A stretch of 13,997 nt of DNA, from NCBI RefSeq assembly GCF_002803295.2, contig NZ_PGGB02000009.1, positions 53,324-67,320 on the forward strand, written 5' to 3'. Shown here piece by piece: positions 11,775 through 13,997 of this stretch (position 1 is its first letter; each line of letters begins with the position of its first letter). Origin of the DNA: Caedibacter taeniospiralis. GTDB taxonomy: Bacteria; Pseudomonadota; Gammaproteobacteria; Francisellales; Francisellaceae. A program made the translations under genes and the position numbers. The notes under the pieces were generated by a model. It did not search any database and was not told where the DNA came from. It saw only the letters and a program-made list of their open reading frames with translations.

Positions 11775-13641
11775 AGAAGCGGAAATTTTGACCCGTGATT
11801 ACACGTTTAATGCCACGCATAGTAAGATTGATATGGATAAGCGCACGGTTGAGTTGAGTTTTTCAAGTAATACGCCCTACCAGCGTTGGCAAGATGCCAA
11901 TGAAGTATTGGAGCATCACGCGGGAGCGATTGATTTAACCCGCTTAAATAACAAGGGAGCGCTGCTTATCAATCACGACTGGAATCGCCAGATTGGGGTG
12001 GTTGAGCATGCGTATATCGATGGCGATAAAGCGCGCGCCGTGGTGAAGTTTTCCAAGCGTCAGGAAGCCCAGGACTTTTTTCAAGATGTTCAAGATGGGA
12101 TTATTGCCAATGTATCCGTAGGCTACAAAGTCGATGAAGCAGAGCCTGATGCAACCAATAAAGCGGTACGTGTGACGCACTGGCAACCGTTTGAGATTTC
12201 ATTAGTCAGTGTGCCTGCAGATGTCACCGTAGGCATTGGACGCAATTTTGCACAAAGTTGCAATGATGAAGCTGCTAAGCTAGATGCAGTTTTAGATAAG
12301 GTTAGTAAAAGTAAAAACAATCCTGAGGGGGAGAGAATGAGTAACGACGTAAAAGAAGTAAAAGAAGTTAAAACAGAGTCACAAATCACACGCTCATTTG
12401 ATGAGGGTATTAAAAATGAGCGTGAGCGGATTGCAAAAATTGACGCACTGGCAAGGAAATTCAATCAGGCAGAGTTTGCACGCAGCTACATTGAAGGTGG
12501 AAAACCTTTTGAGCAGTTTGAGCGTGACTTTGTCGAACATGTGCAGTGGGTTCAGGAAAAGCGGGAAAGAATGACCAAGCTGGAAAGCAACAGCCCGCAA
12601 GTTAATGCGGTACAATCCTGTGCCAATAACATTGGAATGAATGATAAAGAAACGCGCGAGTTCAGTTTATCGCGTGCGGTACGTGCACTGGTTAATCCGT
12701 TTGATATGAAGGCGCGTGAGGCTGCCAGTTTTGAGTTTGAGGCTTCCGATGCTGCAAAGCGTAAGCTTGGCATTAATGATGATTCGCTGATGATTCCACC
12801 TGATGTGCTGCAGCGTGATTTCAGTATTGCCACTGGGCGTAATGCTTTAGTGCCAACACAACTGCAGAGCTCTAGTTTTATTGACATGTTGCGTAACAAG
12901 TCGATTATGCTTAGCATTGCACGCAGGTTATCTGGCTTGCGAGGGAATGTGGATATTCCACGCCAGGTGGAAGGGTCTAATATTTACTGGGTTGGGGAAA
13001 AGCAAGACGTTGGTGAAGGCAAGCTCACCACTGACCAGGTTCATTTAACACCAAAGACCCTGGGTGCTTATTTGGAGGTCTCGCGCATGCTGATGATCAA
13101 TAGCTCACTGGATGCCGAAACCATGGTGCGTAACGACTTATTGGCAGCAGTAGCACTGGGAATTGATACGGCGGCATTGTATGGCACTGGCAGCAATCAT
13201 CAACCGTTAGGCTTAACGGGAGTTAGCGGTATCACTGCTGTTGAATATGCAGGAGATAATCCAACCTTAGCGGATTATATCGGCTTAGAAACCAGTATTG
13301 CATTACAAAATGCCGATGTTGCTAACATGCGTTATCTACTCAATCCTGCGCTCAGGGGTGCGGCTAAAACCACACCAAGATTGCCAGGCAGTGAAATGAC
13401 GGTATGGGAGCCAGGCAATACAATTAATGGCTATTCGGTTGAGGTCAGCAATCAGATTAAACCAAATCAGGTGATCTTTGGTGACTTTAGCCAGTTGATT
13501 GTAGGGTTGTGGGATGGTTTACGCTTAACGGTGAACCCCTATAGCCTGGATAAATCAGGTGGTATCCGTTTGGTGGTGATGCAAAGTGTGGACTTTGCGG
13601 TGCGTCGTCCTGAGTCGTTTGCGATTGCTAACAAAAAGTAA
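11749..13641 (+). CDS. Single ORF fusing an HK97-type (S78/U35) prohead protease to an HK97-fold major capsid protein
   Basis: Protease motifs are 'LLINHDWNRQIGVV', 'NVSVGYKV' and 'FEISLVSVPAD' in residues 1-165. A coiled-coil delta-like region follows, then a capsid domain ('LGAYLEVSRML...LGIDTAALYGTGSNHQPLGL...FGDFSQLIVGLWDGL'). GGAGGATGGAG lies before the ATG. Confidence 0.85.
   Translation: MQNYIKTIKEAEILTRDYTFNATHSKIDMDKRTVELSFSSNTPYQRWQDANEVLEHHAGAIDLTRLNNKGALLINHDWNRQIGVVEHAYIDGDKARAVVKFSKRQEAQDFFQDVQDGIIANVSVGYKVDEAEPDATNKAVRVTHWQPFEISLVSVPADVTVGIGRNFAQSCNDEAAKLDAVLDKVSKSKNNPEGERMSNDVKEVKEVKTESQITRSFDEGIKNERERIAKIDALARKFNQAEFARSYIEGGKPFEQFERDFVEHVQWVQEKRERMTKLESNSPQVNAVQSCANNIGMNDKETREFSLSRAVRALVNPFDMKAREAASFEFEASDAAKRKLGINDDSLMIPPDVLQRDFSIATGRNALVPTQLQSSSFIDMLRNKSIMLSIARRLSGLRGNVDIPRQVEGSNIYWVGEKQDVGEGKLTTDQVHLTPKTLGAYLEVSRMLMINSSLDAETMVRNDLLAAVALGIDTAALYGTGSNHQPLGLTGVSGITAVEYAGDNPTLADYIGLETSIALQNADVANMRYLLNPALRGAAKTTPRLPGSEMTVWEPGNTINGYSVEVSNQIKPNQVIFGDFSQLIVGLWDGLRLTVNPYSLDKSGGIRLVVMQSVDFAVRRPESFAIANKK
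12337..13641 (+). CDS. Possible nested in-frame major capsid protein (delta domain plus HK97 fold) from an internal start
   Basis: The in-frame ATG at 12337 is preceded by GAGGGGGAGAG, the strongest SD-like run in the window. It sits exactly at the protease/capsid domain junction. Confidence 0.45.
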   Translation: MSNDVKEVKEVKTESQITRSFDEGIKNERERIAKIDALARKFNQAEFARSYIEGGKPFEQFERDFVEHVQWVQEKRERMTKLESNSPQVNAVQSCANNIGMNDKETREFSLSRAVRALVNPFDMKAREAASFEFEASDAAKRKLGINDDSLMIPPDVLQRDFSIATGRNALVPTQLQSSSFIDMLRNKSIMLSIARRLSGLRGNVDIPRQVEGSNIYWVGEKQDVGEGKLTTDQVHLTPKTLGAYLEVSRMLMINSSLDAETMVRNDLLAAVALGIDTAALYGTGSNHQPLGLTGVSGITAVEYAGDNPTLADYIGLETSIALQNADVANMRYLLNPALRGAAKTTPRLPGSEMTVWEPGNTINGYSVEVSNQIKPNQVIFGDFSQLIVGLWDGLRLTVNPYSLDKSGGIRLVVMQSVDFAVRRPESFAIANKK

Positions 13642-13690
13642 CAAAAAGATAGTAAAAAGATAGTAAAAAGATGGTAAAAAGATAGTATAA
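13630..13690. repeat. 10-11-bp tandem repeat carrying five phased A5 tracts
   Basis: The sequence is aacaaaaagt aacaaaaagat agtaaaaagat agtaaaaagat ggtaaaaagat agtat. The A5 tracts start at 13633, 13643, 13654, 13665 and 13676. Confidence 0.9.
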
Positions 13691-13700
13691 GGGGCTGGAA

Positions 13701-13895
13701 ATGAAAGCAGAATTGTTGCGATCGATTGTTGCGGCAGGTGAAGCGCGCAAGGTCGGTGATGTGGTTGAGTTGACTAAAAATGAATATGATTTTTTAGTCA
13801 GTCGCGGGCTTGTCAAAACGGTTGTTGATAAAGAAGTACTCGAAGAAAAGCAGCCAGCTTTACGTAAAGCAAATAGCAAAAAGACAGATAATTAA
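13701..13895 (+). CDS. Small hypothetical phage protein downstream of the capsid gene
   Basis: An AAGGGG SD lies 7 nt upstream and the ORF is in backbone orientation. I can assign no family securely. Confidence 0.5.
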   Translation: MKAELLRSIVAAGEARKVGDVVELTKNEYDFLVSRGLVKTVVDKEVLEEKQPALRKANSKKTDN

Positions 13896-13915
13896 ACGAT
13901 GGCAGTCTATCTGGC

Positions 13916-13994
13916 AGGGTGCCTCGGGCCTCATGATAGATTTTGTATATCCATACACAAAATCGAATCGGCTATCCTCGGCGGTATAAATTTT
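13916..13994. repeat. Right copy of the perfect inverted repeat of at least 79 bp (partner 1..79)
   Basis: It is the exact reverse complement of 1..79 and begins 20 nt after the stop of the last ORF. Confidence 0.92.
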
Positions 13995-13997
13995 GCC

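Noticed and set aside
13955-13994. tRNA-like 'atcgaatcggc' T-loop-looking string in the inverted repeat (possible tRNA-derived att site)
   Set aside because: No complementary T-stem or acceptor stem can be drawn around it. The repeats are also inverted, not the direct repeats expected of attL/attR.

Overview
This window is about 13.8 kb of a tailed-phage or prophage-like genome. It is AT-rich by eye, and its protein flavour (for example a Bdr-like repetitive protein) weakly suggests an Acinetobacter or Moraxellaceae-type host. That host guess is unverified. Almost all backbone genes are on the + strand. The early, recombination and regulatory genes come first: a 5'-truncated Gp157-family gene, an AntA-type antirepressor-like protein, a Rha/KilAC antirepressor-like protein, RusA, a small protein with an SSB-like acidic tail, and a Mor-like regulator. 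A ParB-domain DNA methyltransferase follows, then a lambda-type packaging and head module: Nu1-like TerS, GpA-like TerL, gpW, a lambda-family portal, and one long ORF fusing an HK97-type prohead protease to an HK97-fold major capsid protein. Three minus-strand cassettes interrupt this backbone. The first is a Bdr-like repetitive tail-anchored coiled-coil gene. The second is an E. coli-type hicAB locus whose hicA toxin carries a 1-nt frameshift while hicB is intact. The third is a four-gene double toxin-antitoxin cassette (higBA-like plus a second hicAB) wedged between TerL and gpW. The most unusual structural feature is a perfect inverted repeat of at least 79 bp at the two ends of the window (1..79 and 13916..13994). 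It cuts off the 5' end of the Gp157 gene and ends the structural module just after the capsid gene. The window contains no integrase, repressor, replication, tail or lysis genes. All family assignments come from reading the translated ORFs and recalling motifs. No database search was run.
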